DNA of 64,000 bases from an uncultured Gemmatimonadales bacterium (lineage in GTDB: Bacteria; Gemmatimonadota; Gemmatimonadetes; Longimicrobiales; RSA9): assembly GCA_963708135.1 (NCBI GenBank), contig OY970192.1, forward strand, positions 4,992,001-5,056,000. The letters run 5' to 3'. Numbering within the stretch: position 1 is the stretch's first letter; each line of letters opens with the position of its first letter. The position numbers and the translations under genes are program-made. This document shows positions 56,284-64,000 of this stretch, in pieces. The notes beneath the pieces were generated by a model, which saw only the letters and a list, made by a program, of their open reading frames with translations, was not told the origin of the DNA and did no database searches.

Positions 56284-57155
56284 GTCGTGGGTCTTGGTGC
56301 GAATCTCCCCGACGCCGAGGGGTAAGCCCGGTTGGGTGCGCTCCAAGGCCTGGCACTGGCTCTTCTCGTCACAACACAGGACCAGCGCCCTCTCGGGCGG
56401 ATCGAGATACAGCCCGATCACGTCCCAGAACTTCTCCTCGAAGCGCGGATCGTTCGACAGCTTGAACGTCTGCGTCAGGTGCGGCTTGATCTCGTTTGCC
56501 CGCCAGATCCGGTGCACGCTGTCCGGCGAGATCCCGACCTCACGGGCCATTGTGCGCACACTCCAACGCGTGCACGGCTTGGGCGGCCGAGTCGCCCGCG
56601 TGATGACCTGCTCCACCTTGTGCGCCGGGATCGAGGGGCGCCGGCCCCGTCCTTTTCGATCCTTCAGGCCGTCCAGGCCTTCGCGCTCGAAGCGTTGGGA
56701 CCACTTGTTGACGCACGCGGCGCTCACGCCCAGCTCCCGCGCCACCTGCACCTGGCCGAGACCGCGCCCGCGCCGCAGCACGATGGCGGCACGAAGGCTG
56801 TCGCGCTTGGACACGCTGGGCGCCTTCACACGCCGCTCAAGCTCTTGCCGTTCGGCGTCGGTGATCTCGATCTTGGACACAGGTCGCGCCATGGCGCAAG
56901 GATACGCCCGGCGCCTCCTTGTGTCAAGCTATTTGTCGGACGCTACACTAGTGGACCGTATCTGAAGTTCGGTGAGCACCGAGCCGGCGGAGCGGGCGCG
57001 AAGCGCAAGGCGCGAGGAGGAAGGAATAGCAGCGCTATTTCGACGACGAGCAACGCGGCGGGTCGCGTCCGATCCGCCGGCGAATGCCATCGCTACTTCG
57101 GATACGGTCCACTAGCCCCGCGTCGCCGCCTCTCCTCCCTCGCAGGGACGCGCCC

Positions 57156-58136
57156 ATGCGCGCCATCGTCATCACCAGGCCCGGACCGCCGGAGGTGCTG
57201 GCGGTAGGCGACGTTGCCACGCCCGAGCCCGGCGCGCGGCAGGTGCGCATCCGCGTCCACGCCGCCGGCGTTAACCGCGCCGATCTGATGCAGCGCCGCG
57301 GAAGCTATCCCGCCCCGCCGGGTTGGCCGGCGGACATCCCGGGCCTCGAGTACGCGGGCGTGGTGGATGCGCTGGGCCCCGAGGCCTCGCGCTGGAGCGT
57401 CGGCACGCGCGTGATGGGGCTCGTGGGCGGCGGCGCCTACGCCGAGCAGGTGGTGGCGCACGAGGACGAGGTGCTGCCGCTGCCCGACCGACTCTCCTTC
57501 GCGGCGGGCGCGGCCATCCCCGAGGTCTTCATCACGGCGCACGACGCCGTCTTCACGCAGATGCGGCTCGCGGCGGGCGAGGTGCTGCTGATCCATGCCG
57601 TGGGCGGCGGCGTCGGCACCGCGGCGCTCCAGCTCGCGCGCGCCCGCGGCGCCCGGGTGCTCGGCACCGGCCGCACGCCCTGGAAGCTCGGGCGCGCCGG
57701 CGAGCTCGGGCTCGACGTCGCCATCAACGTGGCCGAGGAGGACTTCGCGGAGGCGGCGCTGCGCGAGACCGGCGGCCGCGGCGTGGACGGCGTGCTGGAC
57801 CTGGTCGGCGGCGGCTACCTGGCCGGGAACCTCCGCGCCATGGCGACGCTCGGCCGGCTGCTCGTGGTCGGCCTGGTGGCGGGCCGCAGCGCCGAGCTCG
57901 ACATGGGCACGCTGCTCCGCAAGCGGCTCCGCATCTTCGGCACCGCGCTCCGCTCCCGGCCGCAGGAGGAGAAGATCGCGGCCGCGCGCGCTTTCGAGCG
58001 CGACGCGCTCCCGCTGCTCGCCGACGGCACGGTGCGCCCGATCCTCGACCGCACGCTGCCGCTGACCGAGGCCGCCGCGGCGCACGAGGCGCTCGAGTCC
58101 AACGAGACGTTCGGGAAGGTGGTGCTGCTAATCTGA
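57156..58136 (+). CDS. NAD(P)H-quinone oxidoreductase (PIG3/zeta-crystallin family)
   Basis: AAGVNRADLMQRRG, PGLEYAG, HAVGGGVGTAA, FGKVVL. Confidence 0.93.
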   Translation: MRAIVITRPGPPEVLAVGDVATPEPGARQVRIRVHAAGVNRADLMQRRGSYPAPPGWPADIPGLEYAGVVDALGPEASRWSVGTRVMGLVGGGAYAEQVVAHEDEVLPLPDRLSFAAGAAIPEVFITAHDAVFTQMRLAAGEVLLIHAVGGGVGTAALQLARARGARVLGTGRTPWKLGRAGELGLDVAINVAEEDFAEAALRETGGRGVDGVLDLVGGGYLAGNLRAMATLGRLLVVGLVAGRSAELDMGTLLRKRLRIFGTALRSRPQEEKIAAARAFERDALPLLADGTVRPILDRTLPLTEAAAAHEALESNETFGKVVLLI

Positions 58137-58143
58137 CATGGCA

Positions 58144-58405
58144 ACTGCTTGAGGCGGCACTGCTTGAGGCGGCACTGCTTGAGGCGGCACTGCTTGAGGC
58201 GGCACTGCTTGAGGCGGCACGACCTGAGGCGGCACGACCTGAGGCGGCACGACCTGAGGCGGCACGACCTGAGGCGGCACGACCTGAGGCGGCACGACCT
58301 GAGGCGGCACGACCTGAGGCGGACTACCGAGGCGGCACGCTGAGGCGGCACTACCTGAGGCGGCACCACCGAGGCGGCACTACTCGAGGCGGCACTACCG
58401 AGGCG
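58144..58405 (+). repeat. 15-bp tandem repeat array A
   Basis: GAGGCGGCACTGCTT x4, GAGGCGGCACGACCT x7, then ~6 degenerate units. Confidence 0.95.
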
Positions 58406-58427
58406 CGCTGCTCGAGCTGGGATGCGC

Positions 58428-58662
58428 AGCCGTGCCGCGGTCAGTCGTGCCGCAGTCGGTCGTGCCGAAGTCAGCCGCAGTCAGTCGTGCCGCGGTCAGC
58501 CGTGCCGCAGCTGGTCGTGCCGCAGTCAGCCGTGCCGCAGCTGGTCGTGCCGCAGTCAGCCGCAGTCAGTCGTGCCGCAGTCCGTCGTGCCGCAGTCAGT
58601 CGTGCCGCAGTCCGTCGTGCCGCAGTCCGTCGTGCCGCAGTCGGTCGTGCCGCAGTCCGTCG
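58428..58662 (-). repeat. 15-bp tandem repeat array B, inverted relative to array A
   Basis: About 14 units of GTCGTGCCGCAGTCM, the reverse complement of the GCGGCACGAC core of array A. Confidence 0.9.
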
Positions 58663-58673
58663 TTTTCCGCGGC

Positions 58674-60131
58674 TCATCCCCCCTCCGCCCATTTTCGCAG
58701 CCCTCCGGCTCCGCCCTTGAAGGAGTAGGCTTCGTACCCCGCCCGCTGCATGCGCTCGGCGAGGTAGGCGCTCTGGATCCCGTGGGCGCAGTAGAGGATG
58801 TACTTCGGGTCCCGGTCCAGCCGCTGGAAACGCTGTAGCAGGTCCCACTCGTCCACCCGCTCGGCGCCCGGCAGGTGCCAGGCGCGGTACTGCGGCTCGG
58901 GGCGGCAGTCGAGCACGACGGCGCCCTCGGGGACCTCGGTGGCGAAGAGGTAGGGGGCCACGAGGTCGGTCGGCGTGAGCCGTCGCAGATCGAGGACCTT
59001 GCGCCCGGCGATGGCCGCATCGAGCACGGAGAGGTCGACCTTCGACTCCTCCTCGGCCACGCGCGCGACGCTCGCGGCGGTGACCGGGTGGCCGGGCGCG
59101 ATGGCGCAGTACTCCTTCACCTGCTCGGAGAGCGCGGCGGTGCCGATGCGGCGGGCGCGCGCGATGATCTCCTCCTTGTCGAAGCCGAGCAGCGGGCGGA
59201 ATACGGGCAGGTCGGCGGCCGGCTCGATGGCGCGCAGGTTGTGCAGCGTCTGCGACGACACCTGCCCGACCGCCTCGCCCGTGATGATCGCCTGCGCGTC
59301 GAGCTCCGCGCCGACCCGCGACGCCGTGCGGTACATCAGTCGCTTGAGCACCACCTGCCAGTAGCTCTCGCGCGCGCCCTCGCGGAGCGCGCCGAGCGGG
59401 CCCGCGAAGTCGACCACGTGGAGGCGGGGGCGCGTGCCGTAGCTCCAGTCGTCGGCCAGCACCTTGGCCACCTGCACGACGGCGCGCTCGTAGGCGTCGC
59501 CGCCCAGGTTGCAGAACACGTAGTCGAGGCCGATGCCGCGCTTCAGCATGAGCCAGGCGGAGACGGCGGAGTCGAAGCCGCCGCTGATCAGCGCGAGCGC
59601 CCGCCCCTCGACGCCGACGGGGAGCCCGCCCCCGGCCTCCACGCGGCTGGTGTAGAAGTAGGCATCGCGCTCGCGCACGTCGACGCGCACCGTCGCCTCG
59701 GGGGCGCCCAGGTCCACGCCGGCGGCGTGCGGGAAGAGCGCCGCGCCGAGCGCGACCTCGACGTCCTTCGACGTGAAGTCGTGCCGCCCCGCGCGCCGGG
59801 CCCGCACCGCGAACCGCTTCCCGGCGACGTAGTCCGCGTAGCGCCGCCCGCCCTCCTCCACGATCGCGTCCAGCCGCGCCGGGACCGCCGCATCCACGGG
59901 CGAGAGCGAGCTCAGCCCGAAGACCCGCGCCAGCACCGCCGGCGCCTCGGGCGCCGCCGTGCGCACGTAGATTCGCGCCCACTCGCCCTCGAGCTGGTAC
60001 GGCGCGCCCGTCGATTCCAGCGCGTCGCGCAGGTTGCGGCGGAGCGTGCGCAGGAAGCTGCCGCGCGTGCGCTTGGATTTGATGGCCAGCTCCGCGCCGA
60101 GGCGCAGCAGGTAGAGCGTGTCCTGATGCAT
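58674..60131 (-). CDS. thiI: tRNA 4-thiouridine synthase (THUMP + PP-loop + rhodanese)
   Basis: AELAIKS, GGLPVG, LISGGFDSAV, TGEAVGQVSSQT, RPLLGFDKEEI, EYC, C-terminal rhodanese YCAHG. Confidence 0.95.
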   Translation of the reverse strand: MHQDTLYLLRLGAELAIKSKRTRGSFLRTLRRNLRDALESTGAPYQLEGEWARIYVRTAAPEAPAVLARVFGLSSLSPVDAAVPARLDAIVEEGGRRYADYVAGKRFAVRARRAGRHDFTSKDVEVALGAALFPHAAGVDLGAPEATVRVDVRERDAYFYTSRVEAGGGLPVGVEGRALALISGGFDSAVSAWLMLKRGIGLDYVFCNLGGDAYERAVVQVAKVLADDWSYGTRPRLHVVDFAGPLGALREGARESYWQVVLKRLMYRTASRVGAELDAQAIITGEAVGQVSSQTLHNLRAIEPAADLPVFRPLLGFDKEEIIARARRIGTAALSEQVKEYCAIAPGHPVTAASVARVAEEESKVDLSVLDAAIAGRKVLDLRRLTPTDLVAPYLFATEVPEGAVVLDCRPEPQYRAWHLPGAERVDEWDLLQRFQRLDRDPKYILYCAHGIQSAYLAERMQRAGYEAYSFKGGAGGLRKWAEGG

Positions 60132-60185
60132 GGCGGAAGGTAGATCCGCCCCGCCCGGACGCAAAGGGGAGCTGCCCTCCACTTC

Positions 60186-60212
60186 CCCTTACCCTTACCC
60201 TTACCCTTACCC
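60186..60212 (+). repeat. (CCCTTA)n short hexamer repeat in a divergent intergenic region
   Basis: CCCTTA x4 followed by a C-rich tract. Confidence 0.7.
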
Positions 60213-60369
60213 CCATCCTCCCCCCCACCCTCCCCCTCACCCCCCGCCCCGAGGTGGGGCGCGCGGGGCGCCGGAGGGACTTCCGCCGCCGCCGCGGCTC
60301 CGGTTAGATTCTCCGGACGCGGCCCGCGCCGGGCCGCACCGGTCACCCTTTCACGGGCCCCCATCCATC

Positions 60370-61143
60370 ATGGCCGATCCTGCCGGGACCCACGCGCGCG
60401 GCCATCGCGCGCCGGGCCGCGCCGCCGCGGCGTCCGCCGCCGAGCGCGCGATCGGCGTCGCCCTGCGGCCGGCCATCGCCGCGGGGCTCCCGGCCGCCGT
60501 GCTGGCCTTCCTTTCGGCCGCCGTCCTCGTGCTGCTGCCCGCCGCGGCGCGCGCGCAGCGCCCCGTCGCCCTCATCGGCTCGCGCGACCGGCTGGCGGAA
60601 CAGAACCGGATGGCGGACGCGCTCGCGCTCACGCGCATGCCGAACGCCGCGGCGGTGCGCCGCATGGCGGACAGCGGCCTGCTGGTGCGCGTCCCCGGCG
60701 ATGGCGAGGGCTACGTCCTCGATGAATACCTGGGCGGGCGCTACCGTCACCGCAATGTGCTCCACTACGCCCGCCCCTGGGTGCGCGGCTTCCTCGCCCG
60801 CGAGGGGGAGCGCTTCGCCGAGGCCTTTCCCGGCGCCCGCTTCAAGGTCAGCTCGCTCATCCGCACGCTCGACTACCAGGAGCTGCTCAAGCGACGCAAC
60901 GTGAACGCCGCTCGCGGCGACGACGACGACACCCGCTCCCCGCACCTCACCGGCGCCGCGCTCGACATCTCGAAGAAGGGCCTCTCGCGCGCCCAGCTCG
61001 CTTGGTGGCGCGCCCAGCTCGTCGCGCTCCAGGACGACGGCTGGATCATCGCCGAGGAGGAGGTCCGCACCAACGCGTTCCACATCTTCGTGCACCCCGG
61101 CTACGCCCGCGTCGCGGATCCCGCCCGCGCCGGCCAGGACTAG
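60370..61143 (+). CDS. Exported peptidase-fold hypothetical protein (DUF5715-like)
   Basis: VSSLIRT...Q..L..RNVNAA...SPHLTGAALDIS...FHIFV (SxHxxGxAxD...H, LAS-type Zn site). Confidence 0.7.
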   Translation: MADPAGTHARGHRAPGRAAAASAAERAIGVALRPAIAAGLPAAVLAFLSAAVLVLLPAAARAQRPVALIGSRDRLAEQNRMADALALTRMPNAAAVRRMADSGLLVRVPGDGEGYVLDEYLGGRYRHRNVLHYARPWVRGFLAREGERFAEAFPGARFKVSSLIRTLDYQELLKRRNVNAARGDDDDTRSPHLTGAALDISKKGLSRAQLAWWRAQLVALQDDGWIIAEEEVRTNAFHIFVHPGYARVADPARAGQD

Positions 61144-61164
61144 CCCCACACCCGCCCCGTCCCG

Positions 61165-61494
61165 CTGGCCGCCGCTCCCCGCCCGCCCTCCGACTTCACC
61201 CGCCGCGTCTGGCGCCTCGTGCGCCGGATCCCGCGCGGCAGGGCCGTGAGCTATGGCGGCGTCGCCGCGCTCCTCGGCCGCCCCCGCGCCGCCCGCGCCG
61301 TCGGCCACGCCCTCTCCGTCCTGCCCGACGACAGCGACGTTCCCTGGTGGCGCGTCGTGAACGCGCGCGGCGCCATCGCGCCCCGCCCCACTCCCCATGC
61401 CGCCGCCCTCCAGCGCGCACTCCTCGAGTCCGAGGGCATCACCTTCTCCCACGACGGCCGCCTCGACTGGGACCTCCACGGCTGGAGCGGCTGA
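61165..61494 (+). CDS. Alkyltransferase-like (ATL/MGMT-family) DNA-binding protein
   Basis: IPRGRAVSYG...ARAVG...PWWRVVN (Trp replaces the catalytic Cys); start codon uncertain (CTG 61165 or GTG 61219). Confidence 0.85.
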   Translation: MAAAPRPPSDFTRRVWRLVRRIPRGRAVSYGGVAALLGRPRAARAVGHALSVLPDDSDVPWWRVVNARGAIAPRPTPHAAALQRALLESEGITFSHDGRLDWDLHGWSG

Positions 61495-62036
61495 GCCGCC
61501 CCACGCTCTCTCTCTTCGCGCAACATTCGCCTTCTACTCCGGCACGCTCATTGCAACCCTCCGCACGCGTCGTTCGCGGCGCTCCAGGCTCCCGTCGGGG
61601 CAGGGGCGCCGCGCTGCTGGACAGTGCCGCGCAGTCTTCCACGCTGTCCGAAGGCGCCGGCTACGGGGGCCATGATCGAAGGCCCCGACCGTAGCTCGAT
61701 CGCCGGCCCGAAGTCCGGGCCGACCTCCCGGGCGAAGTAGTCCGAACAAGAAAACAACTCCAGAGCTGCGCGGGACCGCCGCAGGAGATGGGTCCCGCGC
61801 CGCAAGGCGGTGCAGGCGGCGGAACGCTACGGCGTCCCGCCCGTTGCGACCGCCGGGGGGGATTCCCGCGTGCCGGCGGGGGATGCCGGAGTCGCGGCAT
61901 CGCCCGGACAGGGTGGGGTGGGCGCGTTGGGGTGGCCGCGGGCACGCGGTCGAGGGGACCGAAGGGTCCCCGGCAGGTGGTGGCGGTCGGAGCCGCGGAA
62001 ACGCGGCACGGGGCAGGCCTCTTGACGGGAGCGCGC

Positions 62037-63155
62037 ATGAGCAGGACGGTGTTGATCACGGGCGGGGCGGGGTTCATCGGTTCCCACCTGGCGGACGAGC
62101 TGCTGGAGCACGGTTACGCCGTGCGGGCGCTTGACTGCCTCTCCCCGCAGGTACACGGGCCGGGCCGCGATCGCCCGGCTTATCTGCATCCGGACGTCGA
62201 GCTGGTGGTGGGGGATGTGCGCGATGCGGCCGCCGTGGACCGGGCGCTCGAGGGGGTGGACGTCGTCTACCACTTCGCCGCCCGCGTCGGCGTCGGCCAG
62301 AGCATGTACGAGGTGGCGGACTACACGGACGTCAACAACCGCGGCACCGCGGTGCTGCTCGAGCGGGTGATGGAGCGGTCGGTGGAGCGGCTGATCGTCG
62401 CCTCGAGCATGAGCCTGTACGGCGAGGGGCTGTATCGCGATGTCGGCGGCGGCGCGCACGAGCATGTCGAGCGCCCCCTGGCCCGGCTGAGGCGGGGCGA
62501 GTGGGAGCCGGTCGATCGCGCGGGCCGTCCGCTCATGCCGCTGCCGACGCCGGAGTCGAAGCCGCCCTCGCTCGCCTCGGTGTACGCGCTGTCGAAGTAC
62601 GACCAGGAGCGGCTCTGCATGATCCTGGGCCGCGCGTATGGCATCCCGACCGTGGCGCTCCGCTTCTTCAACGTGTACGGCCCGCGCCAGGCGCTGTCGA
62701 ACCCCTACACCGGCGTGCTCGCGATCTTCGCGTCCCGGCTCCTGAACGGCAGGCCGCCGCTGATCTTCGAGGATGGGCTGCAGCGCCGCGATTTCGTGAG
62801 CGTTCACGACGTCGCGACCGCCTGCCGGCTGGCGCTGGAGGTGCCCGGGGCGGCGGGCCAGGTGCTGAACGTGGGCAGCGGCGAATCGCACAGCGTGCGC
62901 GACATTGCCCGCCGCATGGGGGCGGCCATGGGGCGCCCGTTCATCGACGCCATCCGCACGGGGAAGTACCGCGCGGGCGACATCCGCCACTGCTTCGCCG
63001 ACATCGCCCGTGCCCGCGAGGTGCTCGGCTTCGAGCCGGCCGTCACGCTGGAGGACGGGCTGACGGAGCTGGCCTCGTGGCTGGAGGGGCAGGTGGCGGA
63101 GGACAGGGTCGAGCAGGCGAGCGCCGAGCTGGCGGTGAGGGGGCTCGCCGTATGA
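62037..63155 (+). CDS. NAD-dependent epimerase/dehydratase
   Basis: ITGGAGFIGSH, YALSK, LRFFNVYGP, RDFVSV, GDIRHC. Confidence 0.93.
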   Translation: MSRTVLITGGAGFIGSHLADELLEHGYAVRALDCLSPQVHGPGRDRPAYLHPDVELVVGDVRDAAAVDRALEGVDVVYHFAARVGVGQSMYEVADYTDVNNRGTAVLLERVMERSVERLIVASSMSLYGEGLYRDVGGGAHEHVERPLARLRRGEWEPVDRAGRPLMPLPTPESKPPSLASVYALSKYDQERLCMILGRAYGIPTVALRFFNVYGPRQALSNPYTGVLAIFASRLLNGRPPLIFEDGLQRRDFVSVHDVATACRLALEVPGAAGQVLNVGSGESHSVRDIARRMGAAMGRPFIDAIRTGKYRAGDIRHCFADIARAREVLGFEPAVTLEDGLTELASWLEGQVAEDRVEQASAELAVRGLAV

Positions 63156-64000
63156 GGACGACGAAACCGAAGCTCCTGGTCCACGAGGGCGCCGCTCCGC
63201 CCGGGCGCCCTCGCCCGCCGGCGCTGGTCACGGGCGGCGCGGGCTTCATCGGCTGCAACGTCGCCCACCGGCTGCTCTCGGAGGGCGTGAGCGTGGTGGT
63301 GCTCGACAACCTCTCACGCCCCGGCGTGGAGCGGAACCTCGAGTGGCTGCGCCACGAGCACGGCGACGCCGTGACCCTCGAGCTCGCCGACATCCGCGAT
63401 CCCGCGGCCGTGGCGCGCGCCGCCCGCCGCGCGGGGCAGGTGTTCCACTTCGCGGCGCAGGTCGCGGTGACCACGAGCCTGGAGGAGCCCGCGGAGGACT
63501 TCGAAGTCAACGCGCGCGGCACGCTCAACCTGCTCGAGGCGCTGCGCCGCCGCCCCGACCCGCCGCCGCTCGTCTTCACCTCGACCAATAAGGTCTATGG
63601 CGGGCTGGCCGACGTGCCCATCGTCCGCCGCGAGGGGCGCTATGCGCCCCGCTCCGAGGCGCTCGCCGCCACCGGCATCGGCGAGGACCGGCCGCTCGAC
63701 TTCCACAGCCCGTACGGCTGCTCGAAGGGCGCCGCCGACCAGTACGTGCTGGACTACGCGCGCACGTTCTCGCTGCCTGCGGTGGTCTTCCGCATGAGCT
63801 GCATCTACGGCCCCCACCAGTTCGGCACGGAGGACCAGGGCTGGGTCGCCCACTTCCTCATCCGCGCCATGGAGGACGAGCCGCTCGTGCTCTACGGCGA
63901 CGGCCGCCAGGTGCGCGATGTTCTCTTCGTGGACGACCTGGTCGATGCCTTCCTGCTGGCCCGGGCCAACATCGACGCGTTGAGCGGGCAAGCCTTCAAC
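63152..64000 (+). CDS. NAD-dependent epimerase (CDP-paratose 2-epimerase-like), runs off the window end
   Basis: Manual translation from ATG 63152: VTGGAGFIG, AAQVAVTTS, TSTNKVYG, SPYGCSKG, RMSCIYGP, QVRD. Confidence 0.9.
   Translation, partial: MRTTKPKLLVHEGAAPPGRPRPPALVTGGAGFIGCNVAHRLLSEGVSVVVLDNLSRPGVERNLEWLRHEHGDAVTLELADIRDPAAVARAARRAGQVFHFAAQVAVTTSLEEPAEDFEVNARGTLNLLEALRRRPDPPPLVFTSTNKVYGGLADVPIVRREGRYAPRSEALAATGIGEDRPLDFHSPYGCSKGAADQYVLDYARTFSLPAVVFRMSCIYGPHQFGTEDQGWVAHFLIRAMEDEPLVLYGDGRQVRDVLFVDDLVDAFLLARANIDALSGQAFN

Larger units (their letters stand above)
54473..56892 (-). pseudogene. IS630 transposase split by the IS4 insertion
   Basis: N-part 56284..56892 (HTH, CCDEKSQCQAL...KTHD) and C-part 54473..54952 (YTRHGT...VVDNYCTH...WLNLVERFF) rejoin in frame. 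Confidence 0.92.
54447..56948 (-). mobile_element. IS630-family insertion sequence interrupted by an IS4-family element
   Basis: Terminal IRs GTGTAGTGTCTGCCAATTGAGTTGA / GTGTAGCGTCCGACAAATAGCTTGA flanked by TA (54445-46, 56949-50) in CTAG context. Confidence 0.9.

Noticed and set aside
58144..58662. CRISPR array or pentapeptide-repeat protein (LEAAL/PEAAR, VVPQS frames)
   Set aside because: No unique spacers; the frames lack credible starts and RBS, and degenerate units break the frame
60186..60212. Telomere-like (CCCTTA)n repeat
   Set aside because: Only four units, internal and intergenic; treated as a simple microsatellite

Overview
A very GC-rich bacterial window. The gene mix (PadR plus duplicated orphan ABC permease, several secreted M1/M28/S9 peptidases) suggests Gemmatimonadota or a similar lineage; this is inference only. 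Contents: an RND efflux operon with a GbsR/MarR regulator, ABC-F ATPase, aldo/keto reductases, a PLP aminotransferase, a five-gene corrinoid methyltransferase operon, an ATP-grasp plus flavin monooxygenase operon, an MBL hydrolase/APC permease/GH2 glucosaminidase operon, vapBC, ppc, thiI, two NDP-sugar epimerases, an IS1182 and an IS630 interrupted by an IS4. The strongest unannotated signal is a complete candidate ribosome-mediated transcription attenuator at 22947-23189 (minus strand). It comprises a promoter, a 37-aa leader peptide with an MCACCMCM tract, mutually exclusive 1:2/2:3/3:4 pairings and a U8 terminator, all upstream of a likely organosulfur-scavenging operon. Also notable: a ~290-bp multi-palindrome element present twice with a compensatory stem change, two opposed 15-mer tandem arrays, in-frame microsatellites inside enzymes, and several genes with internal deletions (real decay or assembly artefact). 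All functional calls come from motif recognition by eye; no database searches were run.
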